Below, in pieces: positions 1-8,029 of a stretch of DNA of 64,000 nucleotides. Within the stretch, counting starts at the first letter, position 1. Every line of letters starts with the position of its first letter. The stretch lies in the NCBI GenBank assembly GCA_934525675.1, contig CAKSZH010000011.1, forward strand, positions 25,173-89,172, written 5' to 3'. This DNA comes from an uncultured Eubacteriales bacterium (lineage in GTDB: Bacteria; Bacillota; Clostridia; Oscillospirales; CAG-272). A program made the position numbers and the translations under genes. The notes under the pieces were generated by a model. That model was not told the origin of the DNA, ran no database searches, and was given only the letters and a program-made list of their open reading frames with translations.

Positions 1-195
1 GGAACCGATTCCGCTAAAGACGCAGAGCGTCAGGCGGAAAAGTCCGCGGAGAAACCGGCGGACAAGTCTGCAAAAGCCCCGGAGAAGACATCGGACAAGC
101 CTGCAAAAGCCCCGGAGAAGACATCGGACAAGCCCGCAACCAAGGAAGTTCCTGACGACCGGATCAAAGAACTGTTTGACACGAAGAAATCTTAA
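1..195 (+). CDS. 3' end of a protein with a Lys/Pro/Ala/Glu-rich repetitive C-terminus (5' end outside the window)
   Basis: Frame 1 is open from base 1 to TAA at 193-195 (...DKSAKAPEKTSDKPAKAPEKTSDKPATKEVPDDRIKELFDTKKS*). A hairpin terminator follows. Not in the ORF track because there is no start in the window. Confidence 0.5.
   Translation, partial: GTDSAKDAERQAEKSAEKPADKSAKAPEKTSDKPAKAPEKTSDKPATKEVPDDRIKELFDTKKS
61..139 (+). repeat. 33-bp in-frame tandem repeat (2.4 copies) encoding DK(S/P)AKAPEKTS
   Basis: gacaag(t/c)ctgcaaaagccccggagaagacatcg occurs at 61-93 and 94-126. A partial third copy is at 127-139. Confidence 0.85.
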
Positions 196-200
196 CATTT

Positions 201-238
201 GCCCAGCCTGTCGCATACGGCAGGCTGGGCTTTGTATT
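201..238 (+). terminator. Rho-independent terminator of the upstream partial gene
   Basis: Hairpin gcccagcctg-tcgcatacgg-caggctgggc (201-230) followed by tttgtatt. Confidence 0.7.
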
Positions 239-401
239 CATGGGAGCGCCCGCCAAGCGGGGAATACGGAAAATGCTTCGTCGTTATTCCGACAAAAAGG
301 TGTTGTCACCGTCCCCGCAGGCTTGCCGCCTCTCTCCCGATCGGTGTATCCGGCAAATGTGCACCTGTCCGCCGGACTCCTGCATCGCCGCCGGGACAAA
401 C

Positions 402-428
402 AAAAAACCAGAGGTGCTTCCTCTGGTT
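402..428 (-). terminator. Rho-independent terminator downstream of tRNA-Ser
   Basis: The minus strand reads aaccagagg-aagca-cctctggtt followed by a T-run (plus-strand A-run at 402-407), immediately 3' of the tRNA. Confidence 0.6.
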
Positions 429-433
429 TATGC

Positions 434-523
434 TGGCGGAGAAGGCGGGGATTGAACCCGCGCGCCGGTTACCCGACCTAACAGTTTAGCAAACTGCCCC
501 CTTAACCACTTGGGTACTTCTCC
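434..523 (-). tRNA. tRNA-Ser (anticodon GCU), class II with long variable arm, CCA encoded
   Basis: Reverse complement: GGAGAAGTACCCAAGTGGTTAAGGGGGCAGTTTGCTAAACTGTTAGGTCGGGTAACCGGCGCGCGGGTTCAATCCCCGCCTTCTCCGCCA. Acceptor stem GGAGAAG/CTTCTCC. Anticodon loop TTGCTAA. T-loop GGTTCAATCC. Long extra arm. Confidence 0.9.
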
Positions 524-559
524 ATATGAACACAGGCGGTTCAACGAACCACGTTCAAT

Positions 560-588
560 ATTATAACGGATTCGGCGGGTGTTGTCAA
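560..588 (-). promoter_or_regulatory. Consensus sigma-70-type promoter for tRNA-Ser
   Basis: The minus strand reads TTGACA (583-588), a 17-nt spacer, then TATAAT (560-565), about 35 nt upstream of the tRNA 5' end. Confidence 0.75.
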
Positions 589-1005
589 GGGCTTTTTACA
601 AAAACATCCGGAAAATCGGCGCGGCGTGGGTGCGCGGAAGCATTTCCGGAATCCCGCGGACGGAGTCCGGCAGAAGTCTTTTTGCATTCCTGTCGGGCGG
701 ACGGCGGAACCGTCCCTGTGTTTTTGTGCAAAGAAACGGCTGTCGTGTATCCCTGCGGTAACCTTTACAGAGTTTCTCAGTTCTGCTATACTTCAGGTAG
801 AGAGATCCCACTCCCGGACGTAACCCGCCGCCGGGACCGGAACGGGCTGCGGCGGCACGCCGGACAGGCTGTCTGACCGGTACATCGGCACATCGGGGGA
901 CAATTGCGCTGCCCCGGCAGGTGCCAACGCGACCGGTGCCTTCCGGGATGTTTCCCCGGCGGCAGAAGCCTTTACGGGCAAAAGAAACATATGCAGGAAT
1001 GAGGG

Positions 1006-1530
1006 GTGGTGAAGGATTTGTGCAATCAATCTTCAACGGAAGAACAACAGAATCAGTTCTGGAGTAATTATCGGAAAAATACCCGCGCAAATCTGAAAAA
1101 GAATTTGGTAGTTGTCTTTTGTGTCGTCTGTCTTGTGCCGATTGTGATGTATATTTCTTCGGGGCTTGATGACGAGTATGTCTTTGATGCCTCGGTTTGT
1201 CAGCAAAACGGGGACATTGCAATTGTCGTTCGGACGGATGAATTGCATATTATCGTTTTTGACCGTGACGGAAATGAAAAACAACGTATTCGTGTGGATT
1301 CTTCCGGAGGCGGGTATGCACATGTGGATTACATTGGGACAGAACTGTATCTTTATGTTTTACGAGAGCAATCCGTTTACAAGGTGACAACGGAAGGAGA
1401 ACTGGTTACGCCGGACTCTGTTCCGGAGGGTGTTTGTAAGGACAGCTGGAACGAAAACTGGGAAAATACCTATTATACAAAGCAATGGTCGGCGGAAAAA
1501 TTATTTATTTGCATCGGTCATGTGATTTAA
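1006..1530 (+). CDS. Hypothetical membrane-anchored protein (paralog of 2311..2868)
   Basis: GTG start. N-terminal hydrophobic helix VVVFCVVCLVPIVMYI, then a soluble domain. Shares the pattern GDIA...DG.(E/K)K...GE(L/V)V...PEG with 2311..2868. No family recognised. Confidence 0.55.
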   Translation: MVKDLCNQSSTEEQQNQFWSNYRKNTRANLKKNLVVVFCVVCLVPIVMYISSGLDDEYVFDASVCQQNGDIAIVVRTDELHIIVFDRDGNEKQRIRVDSSGGGYAHVDYIGTELYLYVLREQSVYKVTTEGELVTPDSVPEGVCKDSWNENWENTYYTKQWSAEKLFICIGHVI

Positions 1531-1589
1531 TCTGCATAGGCATCGATTTGCCGGATCATACGTTAGTTCGTTTTCACATTCAGACTCTC

Positions 1590-1910
1590 ATGCGAATCAT
1601 ACAAAAGTCAAAAGTGATTCTGTCATCGGAAGATATGTACGTGTGCGGATTCGAAGAAAAAGGTAACGATTTTCAGTGGGATAAACCCGGGGATTCCCTC
1701 TATGATCTTACCCTTAAACAGATTTCCCCGCTGTTATTAAAATCTCCAATAGTGAGGGTATGCCCCAAAAAGACAATGGACTTGTTTGTCTATCTGGAAA
1801 ACGGTCTTTGCCTGCAGGTGTTGAATTACACCGTGAGGGACGTGGAACGATATCGGATTTTTGACGATTATGTCGACCACGACATCATTGTCCCCGACTT
1901 GTGGGAATGA
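1590..1910 (+). CDS. Hypothetical protein
   Basis: Track ORF 1485..1910. I chose the internal ATG (MRIIQKSK...) to avoid overlap with the upstream gene, so the start is uncertain. No recognised family. Confidence 0.4.
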   Translation: MRIIQKSKVILSSEDMYVCGFEEKGNDFQWDKPGDSLYDLTLKQISPLLLKSPIVRVCPKKTMDLFVYLENGLCLQVLNYTVRDVERYRIFDDYVDHDIIVPDLWE

Positions 1911-1967
1911 ATGTCATGCCGGATCTCATCCGGCGGCTTGTACCGATCAAAGGAGGATTTCATACAT

Positions 1968-2279
1968 ATGGATGCAAGGGCAAATAAGGTTCTGAGAATA
2001 CTGCAGGGCATTTTTCTGGTGCCGTTGGCGTTCGGCTGTATCATGCTGACCCTGTATGAACTGGTGGGAACCCCCGGGATGGATGCCTTTCTTCTGCGGA
2101 TTCATATCCCGATTACTTATCATTTTGTCATAATCTTTTCTGCCGTTTCATTTGTCTGTGAGGCGATCATCATTGTGTTGCGCCGGAAACTTGCAAAACG
2201 ATTTACAGAAGGAACCGACAGGGCGGGGGAGGTACTGCCATCCGGGGAGAACCATGCAGACGGTCCCGAAAAACGGTGA
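1968..2279 (+). CDS. Hypothetical small membrane protein (two predicted helices)
   Basis: ATG at 1968 is preceded by AGGAGG (1951-1956). Hydrophobic segments ILQGIFLVPLAFGCIMLTLY and HFVIIFSAVSFVCEAIIIVL. Confidence 0.5.
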   Translation: MDARANKVLRILQGIFLVPLAFGCIMLTLYELVGTPGMDAFLLRIHIPITYHFVIIFSAVSFVCEAIIIVLRRKLAKRFTEGTDRAGEVLPSGENHADGPEKR

Positions 2280-2310
2280 ACCGTCTGATCGTAACGACCG
2301 AAGGTGTGAA

Positions 2311-2868
2311 ATGAAGAAAGAAATTCCCGAGAAACGCATTGCGGTTCTCTGTATGATCGGTATTGCCCTGGTTGTTGTCGGAGCCAGCCTCGGTTCCAAC
2401 TACGGTAAGTTTCAGCGTATCGGTGACGCGGCTGTCGACCCCGGAACCGGCGATATTGCATTCGGGTATGCGGAGAGAAACGGATATGTTATTTCGGTTT
2501 ACGAAAACGACGGAACCAAAAAGTTTTCCAAACGGATTAACGCAACCGGAGATGTCATCAGATTGTGTTACCGGGACGAAATTCTGTATGCCAAAGTGGG
2601 CAGAGAAAAACTTCTCCCGGCATTTGACCGTTCCGGGGAAGTGGTATCTTACGGGCAGGAACCGGAAGGCGGGTTTGCATATGGTACATTTGACGGTTGG
2701 ACACAGAAAAACGGGGATTCTTCTTTCCGGTTCGGTACCACGGGTTACCGGTATTCGGAATCTTCCGTGTTCGTCAAATGCTTTGCCGGAAAGGGTGTGA
2801 ACCGCCTGTACCTCGTGACGGAATCGGGAGAAGAAATCGAATTGTTCCGGAATGAAGGTCATTCCTGA
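2311..2868 (+). CDS. Hypothetical membrane-anchored protein (paralog of 1006..1530)
   Basis: Internal ATG (MKKEIPEKRIAVLCMIGIALVVVGA...) of track ORF 2152..2868. N-terminal TM helix, then a soluble domain with the same conserved pattern as 1006..1530. Confidence 0.6.
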   Translation: MKKEIPEKRIAVLCMIGIALVVVGASLGSNYGKFQRIGDAAVDPGTGDIAFGYAERNGYVISVYENDGTKKFSKRINATGDVIRLCYRDEILYAKVGREKLLPAFDRSGEVVSYGQEPEGGFAYGTFDGWTQKNGDSSFRFGTTGYRYSESSVFVKCFAGKGVNRLYLVTESGEEIELFRNEGHS

Positions 2869-2934
2869 CGGTCAGCCGTTTTCCCGGTTTCGGGTTTCTG
2901 ACGGACAGATTTTAATTACTTTTTTGGGGGCATT

Positions 2935-3198
2935 ATGGAACAGAAATTTCGTTCTTTTGACGAATTGTTTGAAACAATGACCAGAGGAAATGAGGTTGTA
3001 TTCGAGTGGGACGGTCGCAGGTACTGCTTATTTGCGGAATTCGAGGGGCAACGGCAGACAGGGTATCTGATCGGACCGACTTACAGTGAAGAGATGACTT
3101 TTTGTAAAAACAAGCAGGAACTGAGCCAATACCGGATCGGCGGTCGGAGTTTTTGCGATATTGTTCCGGAAATTTGTGTGATTGAACGGACCATATAG
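2935..3198 (+). CDS. Hypothetical small cytoplasmic protein
   Basis: 87-aa ORF with an ATG start, same strand and spacing as its neighbours. No family recognised. Confidence 0.45.
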   Translation: MEQKFRSFDELFETMTRGNEVVFEWDGRRYCLFAEFEGQRQTGYLIGPTYSEEMTFCKNKQELSQYRIGGRSFCDIVPEICVIERTI

Positions 3199-3288
3199 AT
3201 TTCTGATATCGGGAAGTGATGGGACGGGAACCGCGGAATGCTCCTTGCGCTACGGCGGATCCGATGACATGAAAACGGAGGACGACTT

Positions 3289-3576
3289 ATGCAGAAAACA
3301 AAACATCTCGCTTTGAAGATTACGCTGATCGTACTTGCGTGCTTGCTCCTGGCAATTATCATCTGGGTGTCAGATATTCTGATTTATACTTATAATCATT
3401 TTGTTGTTCCGACGGAAATGGAATGCGAACATTGTCATCAGGTAAAAACCAGCCGTTGGTATCATGACGAGCTCGGATTAAGAATGTGCGAAGATTGCCA
3501 CAAGGCTTACAATCGGGGAGAGTGGGGCGACGATTCCGGGACCACTGTACCCGGTATGACCGAACGGGGGAACTGA
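3289..3576 (+). CDS. Hypothetical membrane-anchored zinc-ribbon-like protein
   Basis: TM helix ITLIVLACLLLAIIIWV followed by CEHC...CEDC (CxxC-N18-CxxC). The stop overlaps the next start (ATGA at 3574-3578). Confidence 0.55.
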   Translation: MQKTKHLALKITLIVLACLLLAIIIWVSDILIYTYNHFVVPTEMECEHCHQVKTSRWYHDELGLRMCEDCHKAYNRGEWGDDSGTTVPGMTERGN

Positions 3577-4292
3577 TGCGATCCGTGGAGGAGATAAAAG
3601 AGATGATACACGCCAATCGTAAAATGCAGGAGATTTTGTCCCGGCGCGACAGCGCCCCGGCGTCCTTGTCTTTTATCCGGGAAATAGATGACTTTGTCGC
3701 AGGTTCCGGGGAACGGGTGGGGTGTATCCTTGCAACCGACTGCAATCCGGAGTATTCTTTGACGGATATACGGAAAGTGTATCAGGACCAGACCGGTTAT
3801 GAATGCTGTTGCAATGAATTTTACATTTGCCCGGAAGAAATAGATGGTCATTACGCCTGGACAATCCGGACATTGTTGGATCGGTTCGTCCGGAATCTGG
3901 AAAAGAAATACCCGGGCGAAATTTTTTGCCTGATATGCTCTGTTGGCATTCAGGAGGAGCTTGACGGAATTACGGCACGCTTCCATTTGTACCGCGAGGG
4001 CGAATTCTACATCTGCAAAGATCTGGAGGGTTTCCCCGAACCGGTTCTGTATTGTATATTCGGAGCCCCGGAAGTTTCGCCGCGTGAACATGAGTCCCGG
4101 AAACCGTCAGAGGTGGATGCCGATGGAGAATCAAGCGGGGAAGCTTTCCGTGCGTCGGGACCGGGAAGCATCCGCAGCACTTCCCGGCAGGAACTGACCG
4201 GACATCCCTCCCGCCCTTGTAAAACGTCCCGCGCTGTGGTATACTGGAAACAGAAGCGGCAGCGCGGTACGATAACCCGCGCTTTGCCATAG
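3576..4292 (+). CDS. Hypothetical protein with a Cys-rich core and a disordered GC-rich tail
   Basis: In-frame ATG at 3576 within track ORF 3486..4292, coupled to the upstream gene. The last ~70 codons are compositionally different (GC-rich, Ser/Arg/Pro-rich), so the true C-terminus is uncertain. Confidence 0.45.
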   Translation: MRSVEEIKEMIHANRKMQEILSRRDSAPASLSFIREIDDFVAGSGERVGCILATDCNPEYSLTDIRKVYQDQTGYECCCNEFYICPEEIDGHYAWTIRTLLDRFVRNLEKKYPGEIFCLICSVGIQEELDGITARFHLYREGEFYICKDLEGFPEPVLYCIFGAPEVSPREHESRKPSEVDADGESSGEAFRASGPGSIRSTSRQELTGHPSRPCKTSRAVVYWKQKRQRGTITRALP

Positions 4293-4315
4293 AGACACGA
4301 ACAAAGGAGGCAGAA

Positions 4316-5212
4316 ATGGAACTTTCCCGTCTTACTTCCGCCCGCGACGGTTTGTCGCTTGAGGTTGCCTGGCTCGCCCCCGCAGGGGAGCCGCGGGGAA
4401 TCGTACAGCTTTCCCACGGCATGGCGGAGCACAAGGAACGCTATTTCCCGTTTATGGAATATCTTTCGGCACACGGCTATGTGACCGTCATCCATGACCA
4501 CAGAGGACACGGCGCGAGCGTAAAAGACAAGGGCGACCTCGGTTACTTTTACACCGAACGTCCCGCGGACATTGCGGAAGACCTGTATCAGGTCAACCGG
4601 TGGGCGCACGAACGGTATCCGGACCTGCCGATCCTGCTCTTTTCCCACAGCATGGGAACGCTGGTCGCGCGGGTGTTCCTCGAAAGTCACGATGACGCGG
4701 TGGCGAAGGCGGTGCTCTGCGGTCCTCCGACCGAAAACAAACTCGCGCCCGTCGGGATTGCTCTGGCGAAGCTCAACGCGTGCTTTTTCGGCATGAACCA
4801 CCGGAGTGCGTTTCTCAACCGTCTGACCTTCGGCACCTACACGAACCGCGGAGAAGCGGAAAACGCGTGGGTCTGCTCCAACCCGGAGGTGCTCGCCGCA
4901 TACGGGGAGGATGATCTTTGCGGCTATATCTTCACGGACAACGGCTTTCTCAATCTTTACCGCCTCATGCGGGAAGCCTTCCGCAAGAGTGCATGGCAGG
5001 TGAAGAATCCGTCGCTCCCGCTTCTGCTCATTGCCGGGGAAGAGGACCCCGTGATCGGAAACCGGAAAAAGTTTGACGCGCTGGTCGCGTTCCTCCGCGC
5101 GCGGGGGTACACCGACGTCGGGTCGCGCCTGTATTCCGGACTGCGGCACGAATTGCTCAATGAGATCGGCAAGGAGAAGATCTGGGAGGACGTGCTCGGA
5201 TTTTTGGAATAA
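4316..5212 (+). CDS. Alpha/beta hydrolase (lysophospholipase / monoacylglycerol-lipase-like)
   Basis: HGMAEHKERY...HRGHGAS, nucleophile elbow SHSMGT, 298 aa. RBS AAGGAGG lies upstream. Confidence 0.8.
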   Translation: MELSRLTSARDGLSLEVAWLAPAGEPRGIVQLSHGMAEHKERYFPFMEYLSAHGYVTVIHDHRGHGASVKDKGDLGYFYTERPADIAEDLYQVNRWAHERYPDLPILLFSHSMGTLVARVFLESHDDAVAKAVLCGPPTENKLAPVGIALAKLNACFFGMNHRSAFLNRLTFGTYTNRGEAENAWVCSNPEVLAAYGEDDLCGYIFTDNGFLNLYRLMREAFRKSAWQVKNPSLPLLLIAGEEDPVIGNRKKFDALVAFLRARGYTDVGSRLYSGLRHELLNEIGKEKIWEDVLGFLE

Positions 5213-5347
5213 ACGGCATGGCGATGTCTGTTTCTCTCGTTGCCCGGTATTTTGTGAACGAGCGTACAAAACCGCGCGGATCCCCGGACGGAATTTGTCG
5301 TTTTCATAGAAAAATCAAAGAAACCGCATCCGCCGTCCGAAACCCTC

Positions 5348-5376
5348 TTGACTTTCGGCGGCGGATGTGGTATCCT
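5348..5376 (+). promoter_or_regulatory. Candidate promoter of the pyr operon
   Basis: TTGACT (5348-5353), 17-nt spacer, TGgTATCCT extended -10 (5371-5376). Confidence 0.5.
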
Positions 5377-5568
5377 GTATACAGATGTGAGGTCTGCCGC
5401 GTCATCACGGCGACCGGCTTTCGGACGCGTCCGGGCAGTTGGCGGGCGTTTTCCGGGTGAAAGACGGTCTTACCGGGCGGTTGCGGACCAAACAAAAAAC
5501 ATTCTGCCGAGGCAGTCGGTTGGCAGGAGTACAGGTGCGCCGGGCGTTTTGTGCCCGCGCAAGATCTG

Positions 5569-5593
5569 CTGTCCGCCGCGGGACAGTTTTTTT
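5569..5593 (+). terminator. Candidate leader attenuator/terminator upstream of pyrC
   Basis: ctgtcc-gccgcg-ggacag hairpin followed by seven T. It lies ~90 nt before the pyrC start, inside a ~300-nt untranslated leader. Confidence 0.4.
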
Positions 5594-5680
5594 ATACTGC
5601 GACGCGGTGCAGACGAAAAACAACAGATGTTCCGGACCCGGCTCCGGACAGAATACGAAATACAATACAGAGGACAGAAA

Positions 5681-6940
5681 ATGCAGATGATTTTCAAGGA
5701 TGCCCGTATTTACGAAAACGGCGGATTCACCCGTGGGGACGTAACCGTGACCGACGGTGTTTTGCGCGTTTTCGGGGCGGATACCCCTCATATGAATCAG
5801 GACGGCGGATCGGATACCGCCGTTTTCCGGAATTGTATCATTTTACCCGGCTTTTGCGATGTACACGTACATTTGCGGGAGCCGGGCTTTTCTTACAAGG
5901 AGACCATCGGGACGGGAACTGCCGCCGCCGCGCACGGCGGGTACACGGCGGTGTGTGCCATGCCGAACCTCGACCCCGTGCCGGACAGCCGGGAGCATCT
6001 GGAAAAAGAGCTTGCCCTCATCCGGGAGTCGGCGCACATTCCGGTCTACCCCTACGGCGCGCTGACGGTCGGCGAAAAGGGGGAGATCCCCGCGGCGCTG
6101 GAAGAGCTGTTCCCCGACGTCATCGCGTTCTCGGACGACGGGCGCGGCGTGCAGGACGAGGGGCTCATGCGCGAGCTGATGCGCCGCGTTGCGGCGCTCG
6201 GCGGAATCGTCACGGCGCACTGCGAGGACAACCGCCTGCTTCACGGCGGATACATTCACGACGGGGAGTACGCGCGCCTGCACGGGCATAAGGGGATTCC
6301 CTCCGAGAGCGAATGGCGACCAATTGAGCGCGACCTCCGCCTTGCCCGTGAGACCGGGTGCGCCTACCACGTCTGCCACATCTCCGCAAAGGAGAGCGTT
6401 TCGCTTATCCGCGAAGCAAAGAAGAGCGGCGTGAATGTGACTGCGGAAACCGCGCCGCACTACCTGCTCATGGACGACTCCATGCTGGGGGAGGACGGCA
6501 GATTCAAGATGAACCCGCCGGTGCGGGACAAGAGTGACCGCGAGGCGCTGGTTGCGGGACTGCTTGACGGCACGATCGACATGATCGCCACCGACCATGC
6601 CCCGCATGCAAAAGAGGAAAAGTCGCGTGGGCTTGCGGGCAGCGCGATGGGAATCGTGGGTCTTGAGACCGCGTTCCCGCTGCTTTACACGGGACTTGTC
6701 CGGACGGGAATTCTTCCTGCGGAACGGCTGGTTGAACTCATGGCAATCGCCCCGCGCAAGCGCTTCGGAATCCCGCTGGAGCCGGGCAGCTATTGCGTAT
6801 TTGACACGGAAACGGAATATACGATCGACCCGGAGACGTTTTTGTCACAGGGAAGAGCCACGCCCTTTGCGGGATGGCGGGTACACGGAAAATGTCTTCT
6901 TACGGTATACGGAGGAAAAACGGTATGGCAAACGAAATAA
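5681..6940 (+). CDS. pyrC: Dihydroorotase
   Basis: Internal ATG with RBS (agagga) within track ORF 5348..6940. Motifs DVHVHLREPG and ATDHAPH. Confidence 0.9.
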   Translation: MQMIFKDARIYENGGFTRGDVTVTDGVLRVFGADTPHMNQDGGSDTAVFRNCIILPGFCDVHVHLREPGFSYKETIGTGTAAAAHGGYTAVCAMPNLDPVPDSREHLEKELALIRESAHIPVYPYGALTVGEKGEIPAALEELFPDVIAFSDDGRGVQDEGLMRELMRRVAALGGIVTAHCEDNRLLHGGYIHDGEYARLHGHKGIPSESEWRPIERDLRLARETGCAYHVCHISAKESVSLIREAKKSGVNVTAETAPHYLLMDDSMLGEDGRFKMNPPVRDKSDREALVAGLLDGTIDMIATDHAPHAKEEKSRGLAGSAMGIVGLETAFPLLYTGLVRTGILPAERLVELMAIAPRKRFGIPLEPGSYCVFDTETEYTIDPETFLSQGRATPFAGWRVHGKCLLTVYGGKTVWQTK

Positions 6941-8016
6941 ACGCAAAACTGGTACTGGAGGACGGAAGCGTCTATCCGGGAACGCTCTTCGGAGACGAAG
7001 GTCAGCTCGGACGCGTCGCGGAGCTGGTGTTCAACACGTCCATGGTCGGCTATCAGGAGATCCTGTCCGACCAGTCCTACACCGATCAGTTCGTGGTGAT
7101 GACCTATCCGCTCATCGGCAACTACGGCATGACCGACGAGGACTACGAGACCCACAACCTGACCATCGGCGGCATGATCGTGCGGGAATATAACGATCAA
7201 CCCTCCAACTTCCGCTACACCAAAACGCTCTCGGAGGTCATGATCGAATATCACATCCCGGGACTCTGTGGCATTGACACCAGAAAGCTGACGCGCAGTA
7301 TCCGCGACCACGGCAGCCGCCGCGCGGCGCTGGTTCCGATCGATATGCCCGTTGAGGAGGCAATCGCCCTCATTGAAGCGACCCCCGTGCCGCACGATCA
7401 GGTCAGCCGGGTCAGCTGTAAGAAGCGCTGGTATTCCCGCACGGCGAACGCAGCGTACAACGTAGTGGCAATCGACTGCGGCATCAAGCTCAACATCATC
7501 CGGTCGCTCAACGCGCGCGGCTGCAACGTAACGGTGGTGCCGTACAACACGCCCGCCGAGGAGATCGAGCGCATGAAGCCCGACGGGCTGTTCCTCTCCA
7601 ACGGTCCCGGCGACCCGGAGGACGTGACCGAGGTCATTTCGACCGTCCGGTCGCTCGTCGGCAAGTATCCGCTCTTCGGTATCTGCCTCGGGCATCAGAT
7701 CCTGTCGCTTGCCCTCGGTGCCAAGACCTACAAGCTGAAATTCGGTCACCGTGGCGGCAACCATCCCGTCCGCGACCTGACGACGGGGCGGGTGGAGATC
7801 ACCTCCCAGAATCATTCCTATGCGGTGGACGAATCCACGCTTCCGGGGACCGGGCTGACGGTCACCCACGTCAACCTGCTTGACGGTACGGTGGAGGGCG
7901 TCGCCTGTCCGGAGAAGCGCGCGTTTTCCGTGCAGTATCACCCCGAAAGCGCGCCGGGACCGCAGGACAGCTCCTACCTGTTCGACCGGTTCCTTGACAG
8001 CATGAAGAAAAACTGA
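6925..8016 (+). CDS. carA: Carbamoyl-phosphate synthase small (glutaminase) subunit
   Basis: [19 protein letters not shown]... with GGAGGA RBS at 6911. Amidotransferase motif [10 protein letters not shown]. Overlaps the pyrC end. Confidence 0.92.
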   Translation: MANEINAKLVLEDGSVYPGTLFGDEGQLGRVAELVFNTSMVGYQEILSDQSYTDQFVVMTYPLIGNYGMTDEDYETHNLTIGGMIVREYNDQPSNFRYTKTLSEVMIEYHIPGLCGIDTRKLTRSIRDHGSRRAALVPIDMPVEEAIALIEATPVPHDQVSRVSCKKRWYSRTANAAYNVVAIDCGIKLNIIRSLNARGCNVTVVPYNTPAEEIERMKPDGLFLSNGPGDPEDVTEVISTVRSLVGKYPLFGICLGHQILSLALGAKTYKLKFGHRGGNHPVRDLTTGRVEITSQNHSYAVDESTLPGTGLTVTHVNLLDGTVEGVACPEKRAFSVQYHPESAPGPQDSSYLFDRFLDSMKKN

Positions 8017-8029
8017 GGAGGGCGGAGAA

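Noticed and set aside
526-1222. ORFs 526..876 plus and 596..1222 minus, and a possible riboswitch (cobalamin-like gctgccccggcaggtgcc at ~900-960) upstream of the first islet gene
   Set aside because: The ORFs are Arg/Cys/Gly-rich, mutually overlapping and cover the tRNA promoter. I could not match the B12-box or any other riboswitch core by eye, so the region is left as unannotated non-coding.
434-4292. tRNA-Ser-targeted integrative element
   Set aside because: There is no integrase or recombinase, and I found no duplicated tRNA 3' segment. The AT-rich genes also lie on the 5' side of the tRNA. It is reported only as a compositional islet.
5395-5680. PyrR-binding anti-antiterminator in the pyr leader
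   Set aside because: I looked for ARUCCAGAGAGGYU and found no convincing match. Only a generic terminator-like hairpin is reported.
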